Shown here piece after piece: positions 20,906-30,989 of a stretch of DNA of 32,000 bases. The position numbers and the translations under genes were made by a program. This DNA comes from a cyanobacterium endosymbiont of Braarudosphaera bigelowii. GTDB taxonomy: Bacteria; Cyanobacteriota; Cyanobacteriia; Cyanobacteriales; Microcystaceae. The stretch lies in contig NZ_AP024987.1 of the NCBI RefSeq assembly GCF_020885515.1, forward strand, positions 690,001 through 722,000, written 5' to 3'. Every line of letters starts with the position of its first letter. Position 1 is the first letter of the stretch. A model generated the notes under the pieces. The model was not told where the DNA came from. It worked only from the letters and a program-made list of their open reading frames with translations, and made no database searches.

Positions 20906-22267
20906 CTAATATATTTTAGTAGAATTTTTTCGTAATTTCACCATAAAAAATCCATCCATATAATGTTGGTGAGGAAATATTTGTAAGCATCCTGATGGTG
21001 TGATGAAAGGTGAAAAAGGTTTAGAAAAAAGGGGTTTTTCAATGTGCCATTCAGGATTGTCTTTAAGAAAATTGTGAACAATTATTTCATTCTCTGCGAT
21101 ATTTAAAGTACATGTAGAGTATACTAGTACGCCATTTGGTTTTACCCATTGAGCTGCTCTATGTAGTATTTTCTTTTGCATTATTGATAACTGCTTTATT
21201 TTTTCCGGAGTTTGTCTCCATCGAATATCTGGATTTCTGTGTAAAGTACCTAATCCAGAACAAGGAGCATCTATAAGGACACGATCAGCAAAGTTAGTAA
21301 ATTGTTGTAGGTAGCGACTGTCTCCTTTAATGAGCTTAATTGATTTCAATCCTAATCTTTCTACATTCTGTTGAATTTTTCCAAGACGAGATGAAATACG
21401 ATCACAAGCTAAGATTAATCCTTTGTCTTGCATTAATTCAGCAATATGAGTAGTTTTTCCTCCGGGTGCAGCACAGGCATCAATAATTATATCTCCTACT
21501 TTTGGATCTAACAGATAGCTAACTAATTGTGCGCTAATGTCTTGTACTGTCCAATTTCCTTTCATAAATCCTGGTAAATTTTTTATATCACCTATTTTTC
21601 CTTTTAGTCTTAATGCGTAGGGTAAATATGGTAAGTATTCTACATTTACCTTAGCCATAATCAGGTTTCTTCTTACCTCCTCAATAGTAGTTCTAAGACT
21701 ATTTATGCGTATATCAATTGTTGGAGACTGATTGAACCAATAACATAGTTTTTCTGTAGTACTTTTTCCCCATCTTTGGTGCCAATGTTCAACTATCCAA
21801 CTAGGAAAACTATATTTTATTCCTGTAATATTGGAAGAACTTCCTGATAGTGTCAACTGATAGTTTCTTTTTTCTCTTATCCTGATGTATTTTCTTAGTA
21901 TTGCATTAACAACCTTAGAAAGACCGTTCAAATTATTATTTTTTGCAAGATCTACACTTGTATTAACAGCTGCAGATGGAGGAATATGGTCAAGATATAA
22001 AAGTTGATACAGTCCAATATGGAGAATACGGCGTAGAACTGGTGATTGCTTTTGAGATTTTTTGTTTCCTAACTGATCAATTAAATTGTCTAAGGTCCGT
22101 TGACAACGTATTATTCCATAAACTAACTCTGTACATAAACTACGATCATTTTTATTTAAAATAATATCTTTAAGAGCATGGTTTAAAGATATGTTAATAA
22201 AACTATTATTTTTATCTATCTCTCTTAAAACTTTTAAAGTTAGTTCACGAACATTTGAAACTTTCAA
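20906..22267 (-). CDS. rsmB: 16S rRNA (cytosine(967)-C(5))-methyltransferase
   Basis: 453 aa; NusB-like N-term, VQDISAQLVSYLLDP, DACAAPGGKTTHIAELM, DAPCSGLGTLHRNPDIRW, YSTCT. Confidence 0.95.
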   Translation of the reverse strand: MKVSNVRELTLKVLREIDKNNSFINISLNHALKDIILNKNDRSLCTELVYGIIRCQRTLDNLIDQLGNKKSQKQSPVLRRILHIGLYQLLYLDHIPPSAAVNTSVDLAKNNNLNGLSKVVNAILRKYIRIREKRNYQLTLSGSSSNITGIKYSFPSWIVEHWHQRWGKSTTEKLCYWFNQSPTIDIRINSLRTTIEEVRRNLIMAKVNVEYLPYLPYALRLKGKIGDIKNLPGFMKGNWTVQDISAQLVSYLLDPKVGDIIIDACAAPGGKTTHIAELMQDKGLILACDRISSRLGKIQQNVERLGLKSIKLIKGDSRYLQQFTNFADRVLIDAPCSGLGTLHRNPDIRWRQTPEKIKQLSIMQKKILHRAAQWVKPNGVLVYSTCTLNIAENEIIVHNFLKDNPEWHIEKPLFSKPFSPFITPSGCLQIFPHQHYMDGFFMVKLRKNSTKIY

Positions 22268-22555
22268 AATATAATGTTATCAAGAATTAAGCTACAGGCT
22301 GGAATGATTAGAAATTTAAAATCAATTGTGTAAATACATTAAAATTATATAAACAATATTAAAAAATTGCTACCATACAGCGTTATTTAATTTTATTAAA
22401 TGACTGAATTTCAACAAATGATAACAACAAAGCCATTCCTAAAATTACAGTTTTTATAAAATAATAGAAAGAGAACTTGAACTTAAATAAACATGGTATT
22501 AAAAAATTAACAAGTCTAATATGCAATTATCAAATAACGTATCAAATTTTTAGAA

Positions 22556-23269
22556 ATGAATAAAACAACAGGAACTTTATATGGAATTAGTATGGGACCA
22601 GGTGATCCTGAATTAATTACTGTAAAAGGAAAAAGATTATTAGAAGAGACACCTGTTCTGGCCTTTCCCACAGGAATATTAGGTAAGAAAGGAGTAGCTG
22701 AAGAAATAATTTCTTTTTGGGTCGATGATAAACAAATAAAATTACCTTTATGTTTTCCTTATGTGAAAGATAAGAAACAATTGAGAGAAGCTTGGAAAAA
22801 AGCTGCTCTTGATATTGGAAATTATCTTTGCAAAGGGATAGACGTAGCTTTCACTTGCGAAGGAGATATAAATTTTTTTAGTACTTTTACATACTTAGCA
22901 CAGTTTATACTTAAAAAATTCCCTCAAATTTCAATAAAAACTGTTCCTGGTGTCTGTTCTCCATTGGCTTCTGCTTCTGCTCTAGGTGTTCCATTAACTT
23001 TTTATTCCCAAAATTTAGCTATTCTTCCCGTGGTCCATAATGTAAACGATATTCGGGTAATAGCGAATTGGGCTAATGTAATTGTTTTGTTAAAAGTAAG
23101 TTCTGTTTATACTCATATATGGGATATCCTACAAGATCTAAATTTGTTACAAAACGCTTCTTTGATCGTTAGAGCTACACAATTAGAAGAAAAGATATAT
23201 ACAGATTTAACTAATTATCGTTGTTTATCTATTCCATATTTTTCTTTAATGGTTATTCAAACCAATTAA
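22556..23269 (+). CDS. cobI: Precorrin-2 C(20)-methyltransferase
   Basis: 237 aa; GTLYGISMGPGDPELITVKGKRLLE, EGDINFFSTFTYL, VPGVCSPLASASALGVPL. Confidence 0.9.
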   Translation: MNKTTGTLYGISMGPGDPELITVKGKRLLEETPVLAFPTGILGKKGVAEEIISFWVDDKQIKLPLCFPYVKDKKQLREAWKKAALDIGNYLCKGIDVAFTCEGDINFFSTFTYLAQFILKKFPQISIKTVPGVCSPLASASALGVPLTFYSQNLAILPVVHNVNDIRVIANWANVIVLLKVSSVYTHIWDILQDLNLLQNASLIVRATQLEEKIYTDLTNYRCLSIPYFSLMVIQTN

Positions 23270-23281
23270 CTAGAAAATCAG

Positions 23282-23350
23282 GACAAACAATGTTAATAAT
23301 TCAAAATATTTACTAATAGAAAATATTTTGAATTATTAACATTGTTTGTC
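23282..23350. repeat. Perfect 30-bp inverted repeat, 9-nt loop, 12 nt past the cobI stop
   Basis: GACAAACAATGTTAATAATTCAAAATATTT (23282-23311) / AAATATTTTGAATTATTAACATTGTTTGTC (23321-23350); loop ACTAATAGA. Confidence 0.97.
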
Positions 23351-23612
23351 TAGACGTATTAATATATTGTTACGAGATGATTAGTTTTAGTAGACTATAT
23401 TTTTTAGCTTAGAAATAAGAGATAACTTATTTTTATAAATTCATTTTCATGTTTTCAGTGGCAGTAGAAAATAAATATCAGTTTTAATCAAATAATAGAT
23501 TATTATATATGTTATGTTAGCTTAATTAACAAACTTTAAGAAAATAAAATCTTATTTATTTCTCTAAAGCTGCTATAATAAAGCTTTTGTATACTAGGAG
23601 AAAACTAATTAC

Positions 23613-24221
23613 ATGTCTCGTTATAGAGGGCCTCGCCTTAGGGTTGTACGAAGACTTGGAGAACTTCCAGGATTAAGTAGAAAAAACCCTCGTCGCACTT
23701 ATCCACCTGGACAACATGGTCAGGGTCGTAGAAAACGTTCTGAATATGCTGTGCGACTCGAAGAAAAACAAAAACTTCTTTACAATTACGGTGTAACTGA
23801 AAAACAGCTAATTCGTTACATGAAGAAAGCTCGTCGTGCCACTGGTTCTACAGGACAAAAACTATTGGAACTTTTGGAAATGCGTTTAGATAACACAGTA
23901 TTTCGTTTAGGAATGGCTGGAACTATCCCTGGTGCTCGCCAGCTCGTAAACCATTGTCATGTATTAGTAAACGGACGTATTGTTAATATTGCTAGCTATC
24001 AATGTCGCGCTGGGGATGTTATTTCTGTTCGAAATAACGATAATTCTCGCCGTATGGTAGAAACTAATATGCAATATCCCGGATTAGCTAATCTTCCTGA
24101 ACATCTAGAATTTGATAAAAACACTTTCACTGGTAAAGTTAACGATGTAATTAAACGTGAATGGGTTGCACTACAAATTAATGAGCTTCTAGTTGTTGAA
24201 TATTATTCTCGAAAAGTATAA
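23613..24221 (+). CDS. rpsD: 30S ribosomal protein S4
   Basis: 202 aa; [56 protein letters not shown]. Confidence 0.98.
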   Translation: MSRYRGPRLRVVRRLGELPGLSRKNPRRTYPPGQHGQGRRKRSEYAVRLEEKQKLLYNYGVTEKQLIRYMKKARRATGSTGQKLLELLEMRLDNTVFRLGMAGTIPGARQLVNHCHVLVNGRIVNIASYQCRAGDVISVRNNDNSRRMVETNMQYPGLANLPEHLEFDKNTFTGKVNDVIKREWVALQINELLVVEYYSRKV

Positions 24222-24226
24222 GCTAG

Positions 24227-24250
24227 ATAAACAATTTTATGATTGTTTAT
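24227..24250. terminator. Hairpin just past the rpsD stop (9 bp, 6-nt loop); a second GC-richer hairpin GGTTGC-TTAG-GCAACC follows within about 35 nt
   Basis: ATAAACAAT TTTATG ATTGTTTAT, located between convergent rpsD and amidohydrolase. Confidence 0.5.
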
Positions 24251-24548
24251 TCTGCATGTGAGATAGAGGTTGCTTAGGCAACCCTTACCAATTTAACTCT
24301 GTCACTTTTCCTACACAAAAGTCAGTTGAATATAAGAATATAAAAATTAACAGATTAAGCAACTTCTCTAAAACATACTTACACTAAATAATTTTTTAGT
24401 TACTTTAGATTTAAACTATTCTATAAATTTCTGTGACGGTATTTTATTCAGATATTGAAGTAAACGATAATAACTCTATAGTATTTAGACCCCAGATATC
24501 TAATATCTTTATTTAGGTAATTCTTCTTTGTTTATAAAAACTTGTATA

Positions 24549-25724
24549 TTATTTTTCCCAGTACTTATAAGCTGTATAAGCTAAGGTAGTTATTCCTACT
24601 GCAATAGCAGATTCATCTATATCAAATAAAGGATGATGTAAAGGATGATTTATCTTATTTGAATAGCCAGTGCCTAGTCGGAACATTGTTCCTCGTGAAT
24701 ATTGCAAGTATGAAGAAAAATCTTCTGAGCCTAATGATGGTTCAGATAAAATTTTAATTGAATCATTTCCCCATGCCTCTCGAGAAGCTTCTTCTAGAAT
24801 ACTGGTAAGATAAGTATCATTTTGAACAGAAGCTACTCCCCATCGATAATCAATTTCATATTTAGCATTATGAGCTTTACAAACATTAGCAATAATAGTC
24901 TCTATCCATTTAGGTAATTGAGCACGAGTTTCAGGATGTAATGAACGTATTGTACCAGTCATTTTGACTCGATCCGCAATAATATTAGGAGCATGCCCTC
25001 CAGCAATTTGTCCAATTGTTAAAACTAAAGGATGCAAGGGATTTTGAGTACGGCTGATAGCCTGTTGTAAAGTCGTAATTATTTGAGATGCGATCCATAT
25101 TGCATCTACAGCTTCGTGAGGTCGAGCTCCGTGCCCTGACTCACCTTTAATGAACACTTCAATATCATCTACCGCAGCTGTTAGTGTTCCATACTTAATG
25201 CCAATAGAACCTGCAGGAAGAGAAGGAAAAACATGAACTCCAATAATTGCATCAACATTATTCATTACACCATCTCGTACCATCCATTTAGCTCCTTGAG
25301 CTATTTCTTCTGCAGGTTGAAATAGAAAGCGAACATGACCTCTTAGTTCTTTTTTTAACATAGATAAAATAATCGCAGTTCCTATGCCTACTGTAGTATG
25401 AACATCATGACCACAAGCATGCATTATTCCAGGATTATAAGAAGAAAAATTTAATTTAGTTTTTTCTTCTATAGGTAGGGCATCCATGTCAGTACGAATT
25501 GCTAAAACACTAGTTTTTTCAGAATCGTTGATTAAATGCCCTACAACTCCTGTTTTACCAATAAATTTTTCTACAGGGATATCATAAGAAGAAAGTATAT
25601 TTGCTACATAAGCAGCTGTCTGATGTTCTTTCCCACTTAATTCTGGATAAGAATGTAAATGTCGACGAATCTCGACAAATCTAGGCAGAAGATCTCTAAC
25701 GAGATTTTTTATTTGGGATAGCAT
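24549..25724 (-). CDS. M20 family amidohydrolase (IAA-amino acid hydrolase / N-acyl-aminoacid amidohydrolase-like)
   Basis: 391 aa; RRHLHSYPELSGKEH, MDALPIEE, MHACGHDVHTTVGIG, GSEDFSSYL. Confidence 0.92.
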   Translation of the reverse strand: MLSQIKNLVRDLLPRFVEIRRHLHSYPELSGKEHQTAAYVANILSSYDIPVEKFIGKTGVVGHLINDSEKTSVLAIRTDMDALPIEEKTKLNFSSYNPGIMHACGHDVHTTVGIGTAIILSMLKKELRGHVRFLFQPAEEIAQGAKWMVRDGVMNNVDAIIGVHVFPSLPAGSIGIKYGTLTAAVDDIEVFIKGESGHGARPHEAVDAIWIASQIITTLQQAISRTQNPLHPLVLTIGQIAGGHAPNIIADRVKMTGTIRSLHPETRAQLPKWIETIIANVCKAHNAKYEIDYRWGVASVQNDTYLTSILEEASREAWGNDSIKILSEPSLGSEDFSSYLQYSRGTMFRLGTGYSNKINHPLHHPLFDIDESAIAVGITTLAYTAYKYWEK

Positions 25725-25733
25725 AAAAGTCTT

Positions 25734-25798
25734 ATAGATTATTGTAATGTTAATAGTACTAGCTAAATATTAGTACTATTAACATTACAATAATCTAT
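25734..25798. repeat. Perfect 28-bp inverted repeat, 9-nt loop, 9 nt upstream of the amidohydrolase start
   Basis: ATAGATTATTGTAATGTTAATAGTACTA (25734-25761) / TAGTACTATTAACATTACAATAATCTAT (25771-25798); loop GCTAAATAT. Confidence 0.97.
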
Positions 25799-26286
25799 GG
25801 AGTTTAAGAACTTTTTAAGTATTAAATTCATAATTATTAGTACTAGTTATTGAACTTATAAAAATTAATTAACTTAAAACTATTTAGGTAGAGTACTTAG
25901 TAGTTTAGTAATATGGCAAAAATCATATTTATAGTAGAAAGTAAAGCTACGACCAACTCATAATCAGATAGGCCTAACAAAGATATTTCTTAAAGCTTAA
26001 TTTTTATTAAACAATATAAAATAATAACTGTGAAACATAACTAAGACTATTCAATATAAAAATATATTTAAAAAACTAAAATAATCTGTTGATTCTGAAA
26101 CTCTTAAAAAAGATATAATTATTCTAAAGATTAAATTAATTACATTACAAATTGTCTCAAAACTTAGTTATGTAAATAATTAAAATTGCTTTAGTATTTA
26201 TTTACATAGTTAGATCACTGATTCTCATAAACGACTTAAAACTTTTTAATTATTTTTACAAGAAGTCAATAAATATAATTGAGGTT

Positions 26287-27432
26287 TTAGAAAGGAAGAT
26301 AAACATCACCAAGTAACATTGAGTAGTAAGCTCCAGTAACTTGTGGCAAACTACCTGGTATTTTACTCACATATCTCCAATAGGCCAGAACTGCAAAAGA
26401 AATTGCTTCTTTAAAGTCACTATTTAGACCAACCTCAGTAGTCGTTTTTACTATAGTATTTTGGGGAGAATGATGATTAATACGTTCTTTTAAATAAAGA
26501 TTGTGACTACCTCCTCCACATAACAATATTTCATCAATAGGATATTTAATAAAATGCTTATAACTATTAGTAATAGAAATTGCAGTTAACTCTGTAATAG
26601 TAGTTAAAAAATCTGTCTCGGATAACTTATAAGCTTGAGCATCATTCCAACAATATTCTAAATATTCTTCTCCGAAAAGTTCTCTACCAGTAGATTTCGG
26701 AGGCTTTTTGTGAAAAAAATCATGATTTAACCACTTTTCAATTAGTTGATAATTAGGTTTACCCTGAGATGCCCAAATCCCATTACTATCATAAAACTGT
26801 TTTCCATTACTTAACTTGTTAATAGTTAAATCAATCAACATATTTCCTGGCCCAGTGTCCCATCCTGTAATGTTTTTATACCAATCTTCTGTACATTTTG
26901 GTGGTAAATATGTAACATTACCGATCCCGCCAATATTTTGTATACATCTATGATAGTGAGGATGACTTAATAGACAAGCATCCACTGCTGATACTAGTGG
27001 TGCTCCTTGACCACCAGCAGCTATGTCGGCAGCCCGAAAATTATTAACTGTTGGGATGCCTGTAAGATTGGCGATAATTTCTCCTCTACCTAATTGAATT
27101 GTATATCCTATGCTATTTATGGCCGGTGGTCGATGAAATACAGTTTGTCCATGAGATCCAATTAACTCTATGGGAAAATGCTTTTTTCTAACTTCTTTAA
27201 CAACATTTACAAAGGATAAAGCAATTTCTTCATCTAATTTCGCAAATTCTTCAATTGATAAAGAATTACCTTCAGCAACCCTCAAAATTTGATTTCGGAT
27301 TTTCTCTGGATAAGAGTAACTAATATTCAATAGATATTTAATTCTTAGATCAAGCTTACTTCCTTGGATTTTTATTAATGCTGCATCAATACTGTCTACT
27401 GATGTACCACTCATTAGTCCGAGACAATACAT
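26287..27432 (-). CDS. anmK: Anhydro-N-acetylmuramic acid kinase
   Basis: 381 aa; GLMSGTSVDSIDAALI, GSHGQTVFHRPP, NIGGIGNVTYLP, GWDTGPGNMLID, LLCGGGSHN. Confidence 0.95.
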   Translation of the reverse strand: MYCLGLMSGTSVDSIDAALIKIQGSKLDLRIKYLLNISYSYPEKIRNQILRVAEGNSLSIEEFAKLDEEIALSFVNVVKEVRKKHFPIELIGSHGQTVFHRPPAINSIGYTIQLGRGEIIANLTGIPTVNNFRAADIAAGGQGAPLVSAVDACLLSHPHYHRCIQNIGGIGNVTYLPPKCTEDWYKNITGWDTGPGNMLIDLTINKLSNGKQFYDSNGIWASQGKPNYQLIEKWLNHDFFHKKPPKSTGRELFGEEYLEYCWNDAQAYKLSETDFLTTITELTAISITNSYKHFIKYPIDEILLCGGGSHNLYLKERINHHSPQNTIVKTTTEVGLNSDFKEAISFAVLAYWRYVSKIPGSLPQVTGAYYSMLLGDVYLPF

Positions 27433-28147
27433 ATCTAAAATTAATTTTTTGTAAACTACAGCTTTTTAAAGCTTATCTTAGTATATATGCAATTATTTTT
27501 ATAACATAACTAACTTATTAAAATATTTCATCCGACATTTATTAAAATTGTAATATTAAATGTAATATATTCTATCAAATAGACAACATTAAATTTTTAT
27601 ATCTACATAGTATCTTGTAAAGTAGATATTTTTAAAAAATAAAGAATAAAAACTCTAGAACGCTATTAATAACAAATTTGTATTTATCAAAATACTTACT
27701 CTAAAAAATAGTGAAATACAAGTTAAAAAGATTTATTTCTAATTGTTAAAAATATTTGGAGTATATAAAAGAGGTTAAAATAACTTTTTTTTAATTTTAT
27801 TAATACTATGAAAATATTTATACTTAAGAAAAAGATTATGTTCTTATGCTAAAAACTATATTATATAAATATTACTAACTTAAAATATTTTTACTGTACT
27901 TAACTTAAGTTATCTAATGGCCCAGTTAAATTAAAAAAAATTATACTGAGATATTAGTATAGTTTCTATGGCAACCTTAAAATGTTTATCACAGTGATCA
28001 AGCTAATTATTTTAGCTTACACAAACATAAAACTAACAAAGTATTACTAATAGTAACATCTTTAAAATCTCAACTTTTATTAACCAATCTTACTCTTAAA
28101 CTTTTTATTGAGAGGCAATTGATATTTTATACTAATAACACTTCATA

Positions 28148-30115
28148 ATGCCTAAAATCCGATTAAAATTCAACCAAAAGCTTATTTCATATTTCTTTGA
28201 AACAGCACAGCCTTATTTTTTCCCTATCAATAATAATCAGACATGGGTGTTCTGCACATTGTTAGTAACACTGATTGTTATGATTATTAGTTTAACTTAT
28301 TTCATAACAATTGGAGCAACGCTACTAACTAATACAGTTTTTACCAATTTTTCTAATATCATTACTAATGGTTTTATCGGCAAAATTAATAGAACTTTAG
28401 ACTCAAAGATTACTAGTTATGTAGCTATTATTTTGTTAGCTAGTAGTTTAATTTTTTTATCACAGTTCTCTAAAATAGGTAAGAAATGGAAACAGTGGTT
28501 TTTGTTAGGATCACTTCTTTTCCTTTTACTAGTTGTTAATGGATTAAGGCTCATTATGAGCTATGTATTCCGTTTTATAGATACTGCCTTAACGGAGAAA
28601 AATGCAGATGTCTTTTGGCAATTTATGATAGTTTATGGCTTGGTACTGATTTCTGCTGTACCGATTATTATAATTTATCGCTATACTAGAAAAAAACTGG
28701 GACTAATGTGGAGAAAATGGCTTACAAAGCATTTTTTAAGCCGTTACTTTAGTTACCGTGTCTACTATAAATTAAATTCAGAATATCTTAAGAAAGAAGT
28801 AGATAATCCTGATCAGAGAATAACACAAGATATAAAGTCTTTTACAATCGTTACTCTCGATTTTTTACTTGATTTTTTTAATTCAATCTTAACTTTGGTA
28901 TCTTTCTCTTATATTTTATATACCATATCAGATAGGTTAACATATGGTTTATTGGTCTATGCAATATTTGGTACTACAGTAGTTTTAATTGCAGGAAATC
29001 GTCTAATTAAAATTAACTACGCTCAATTGCGCTTAGAAGCAAATTTTCGTCATAGCATCTTAAGAATTAGAGACTATGCTGAGTCAATAGCTTTTTATAG
29101 AGGAGAATTTTTAGAAAACAAACAAGTTACTAATAAGTTAAAAAAAGTTGTTAAAAATTTTAACTTATTAATTATTTGGCAGTCTATTATTAATCTTTTT
29201 CAATTAGGATATAATTACTTTACACGATTAATACCATATATCATGATTGCTCCTTTATATTTAAAAGGAGAATTAGACTTTGGATCTATCGCCCAAGCAA
29301 CTGTTGCATTTAGTCAAGTCCTAGAAGCTCTTTCTTTAATAACTAACCGAATTCCAGAAATTACAAAATTTGCGGCTAGTATTAATCGTCTAGGAGAATT
29401 TTATGAATCAATGAATCCAGGATTATTGCAGGAAGAAGAATTGAATAGTGACTTAATTCATATCGAAAAATTTCCTGTTATTATTCTACAGAATGTCTCT
29501 TTATATCCTCCTAATTCCCAGAGAAAATTAGTTAAAAATATTACTGTTCGTGTTGATAAAAGTAATAATTTATTGATTATGGGAACTAGTGGAACTGGCA
29601 AAAGTTCCTTACTTAGAGCTATAGCTGGGCTTTGGACTTCAGGGTCTGGGACAATTTTTCGTCCTAGTCCGAAAGAAATATTGTTCTTGCCCCAACATCC
29701 ATACATGATTTCAGGAAGTTTAAAAGAACAGTTGCTATATCCTGACATGGGGAAATATATTACACAGAATCAGTTAGATAAGATATTAGTAGCTGTAGAT
29801 TTACAGAATTTAAGAAGTCGTTTTCAAGACTTTGATATAAGAGAGAATTGGAGTAGTGTATTATCCTTAGGAGAACAGCAGCGTATAGCATTTGCTAGAA
29901 TTCTAATTACTAAACCCCGTTATGTTATTTTGGACGAAGCGACTAGTGCTTTAGATGAAGAAAATGAAGAGTCTCTCTATCACAGCTTATCCACTTCAGA
30001 GATTAGCTACATTAGCGTAGGCCACAGACCAACCTTGACTAAATATCACCAACAGATATTAACCATCATGGACGAAGGAAATTGGGAACTAGAAACTCAC
30101 AAAATTTATAGTTGA
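28148..30115 (+). CDS. ABC transporter permease/ATPase fusion, SbmA/BacA/YddA-like (ABCD-type)
   Basis: 655 aa; N-terminal TM domain with SbmA/BacA-type features (WRKWLTKHFLSRYFSYRVYYKLN, NPDQRITQDI), Walker A GTSGTGKSS, LSLGEQQRIAFARIL, Walker B YVILDEATSALD. Confidence 0.9.
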   Translation: MPKIRLKFNQKLISYFFETAQPYFFPINNNQTWVFCTLLVTLIVMIISLTYFITIGATLLTNTVFTNFSNIITNGFIGKINRTLDSKITSYVAIILLASSLIFLSQFSKIGKKWKQWFLLGSLLFLLLVVNGLRLIMSYVFRFIDTALTEKNADVFWQFMIVYGLVLISAVPIIIIYRYTRKKLGLMWRKWLTKHFLSRYFSYRVYYKLNSEYLKKEVDNPDQRITQDIKSFTIVTLDFLLDFFNSILTLVSFSYILYTISDRLTYGLLVYAIFGTTVVLIAGNRLIKINYAQLRLEANFRHSILRIRDYAESIAFYRGEFLENKQVTNKLKKVVKNFNLLIIWQSIINLFQLGYNYFTRLIPYIMIAPLYLKGELDFGSIAQATVAFSQVLEALSLITNRIPEITKFAASINRLGEFYESMNPGLLQEEELNSDLIHIEKFPVIILQNVSLYPPNSQRKLVKNITVRVDKSNNLLIMGTSGTGKSSLLRAIAGLWTSGSGTIFRPSPKEILFLPQHPYMISGSLKEQLLYPDMGKYITQNQLDKILVAVDLQNLRSRFQDFDIRENWSSVLSLGEQQRIAFARILITKPRYVILDEATSALDEENEESLYHSLSTSEISYISVGHRPTLTKYHQQILTIMDEGNWELETHKIYS

Positions 30116-30477
30116 GAAAAAATACTATTTAATAAATTTTAACTTTTTTATTTTTTAAATCAGAAAATTACTATTTTATGATTACTAAACATTAAAATAT
30201 TCTTTATGTCTTATTTATTTATTTTTAGTAAACATAAATAAACTATTAGATAATGTATAAAGACTTATTTACATGATGTTACTTTTTTTAATTTTAATCC
30301 CTATTGATTTTTTATTAGGATCTTCTTTTGAAGGTCTGTTCAATACTCATTAATTTAATATTTTTATATATAACTAAGGTTTAGATTTCCCTTCTATCCA
30401 AAAAATTAGTACAATAAATATATGAGGTTCTCGTAATCTTTTTTTATTCTTAAACATTCAGTCAAAACCATTAATTT

Positions 30478-30663
30478 ATGGAATCTAGTAGCTCATCAAA
30501 GAAGGGGACAGAACCTTCTGCTCATAGGTGGACTAACATTATGGGAACGGTAATTGCCATGATAACGTTGACACTGCCCGTTTTCGTAATTGCCTATTAC
30601 TCTTCAAATAAAGCTGATTCTCCTTCGAGTCAACTTCATTATCTGAATGATTCTAGAAAATAG
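30478..30663 (+). CDS. Small single-TM protein, function unknown
   Basis: 61 aa; Ser-rich N-terminus, TM helix IMGTVIAMITLTLPVFVIAYY, polar C-tail. Confidence 0.6.
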   Translation: MESSSSSKKGTEPSAHRWTNIMGTVIAMITLTLPVFVIAYYSSNKADSPSSQLHYLNDSRK

Positions 30664-30989
30664 CATCTTTATTATTAGTTAAAATCATATTTCTATTTAT
30701 TTATCTCTAATGAAGGAAAGCCCTAAACTACAAGAGTAAAAATATTATGTAAGACACTTATCAAAAATATAGTTAAGGTTTATAGTTACTTTTTTAATAT
30801 TTAGTTTTGCTAAAAAATAGAATTTAAAAATACTTCATAAAATCTATGATTTTCCTTAAACTAGGACAATATATGTCTAGCACGTCAGAAAAAAGATACC
30901 ACAAATATCATTGGTGATGACGTTTTACATAAAGTAAACTAGTTATTTTTTTTACATTCTACTTTACGGAACTAAAACCCATATTAAGG

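Noticed and set aside
24509-24560. Poly-T/AT-rich stretches in spacers considered as promoters
   Set aside because: Base composition makes -10-like boxes ubiquitous; no evidence to single any out.
7877-25798. Idea that the long palindromes are one MITE or IS-end family, or a CRISPR array
   Set aside because: Arms differ in sequence between loci, no target-site duplications or transposase seen, and no regularly spaced direct repeats with unique spacers.
29458-29748. 96-aa minus-strand ORF
   Set aside because: Antisense to the ABC transporter nucleotide-binding domain.
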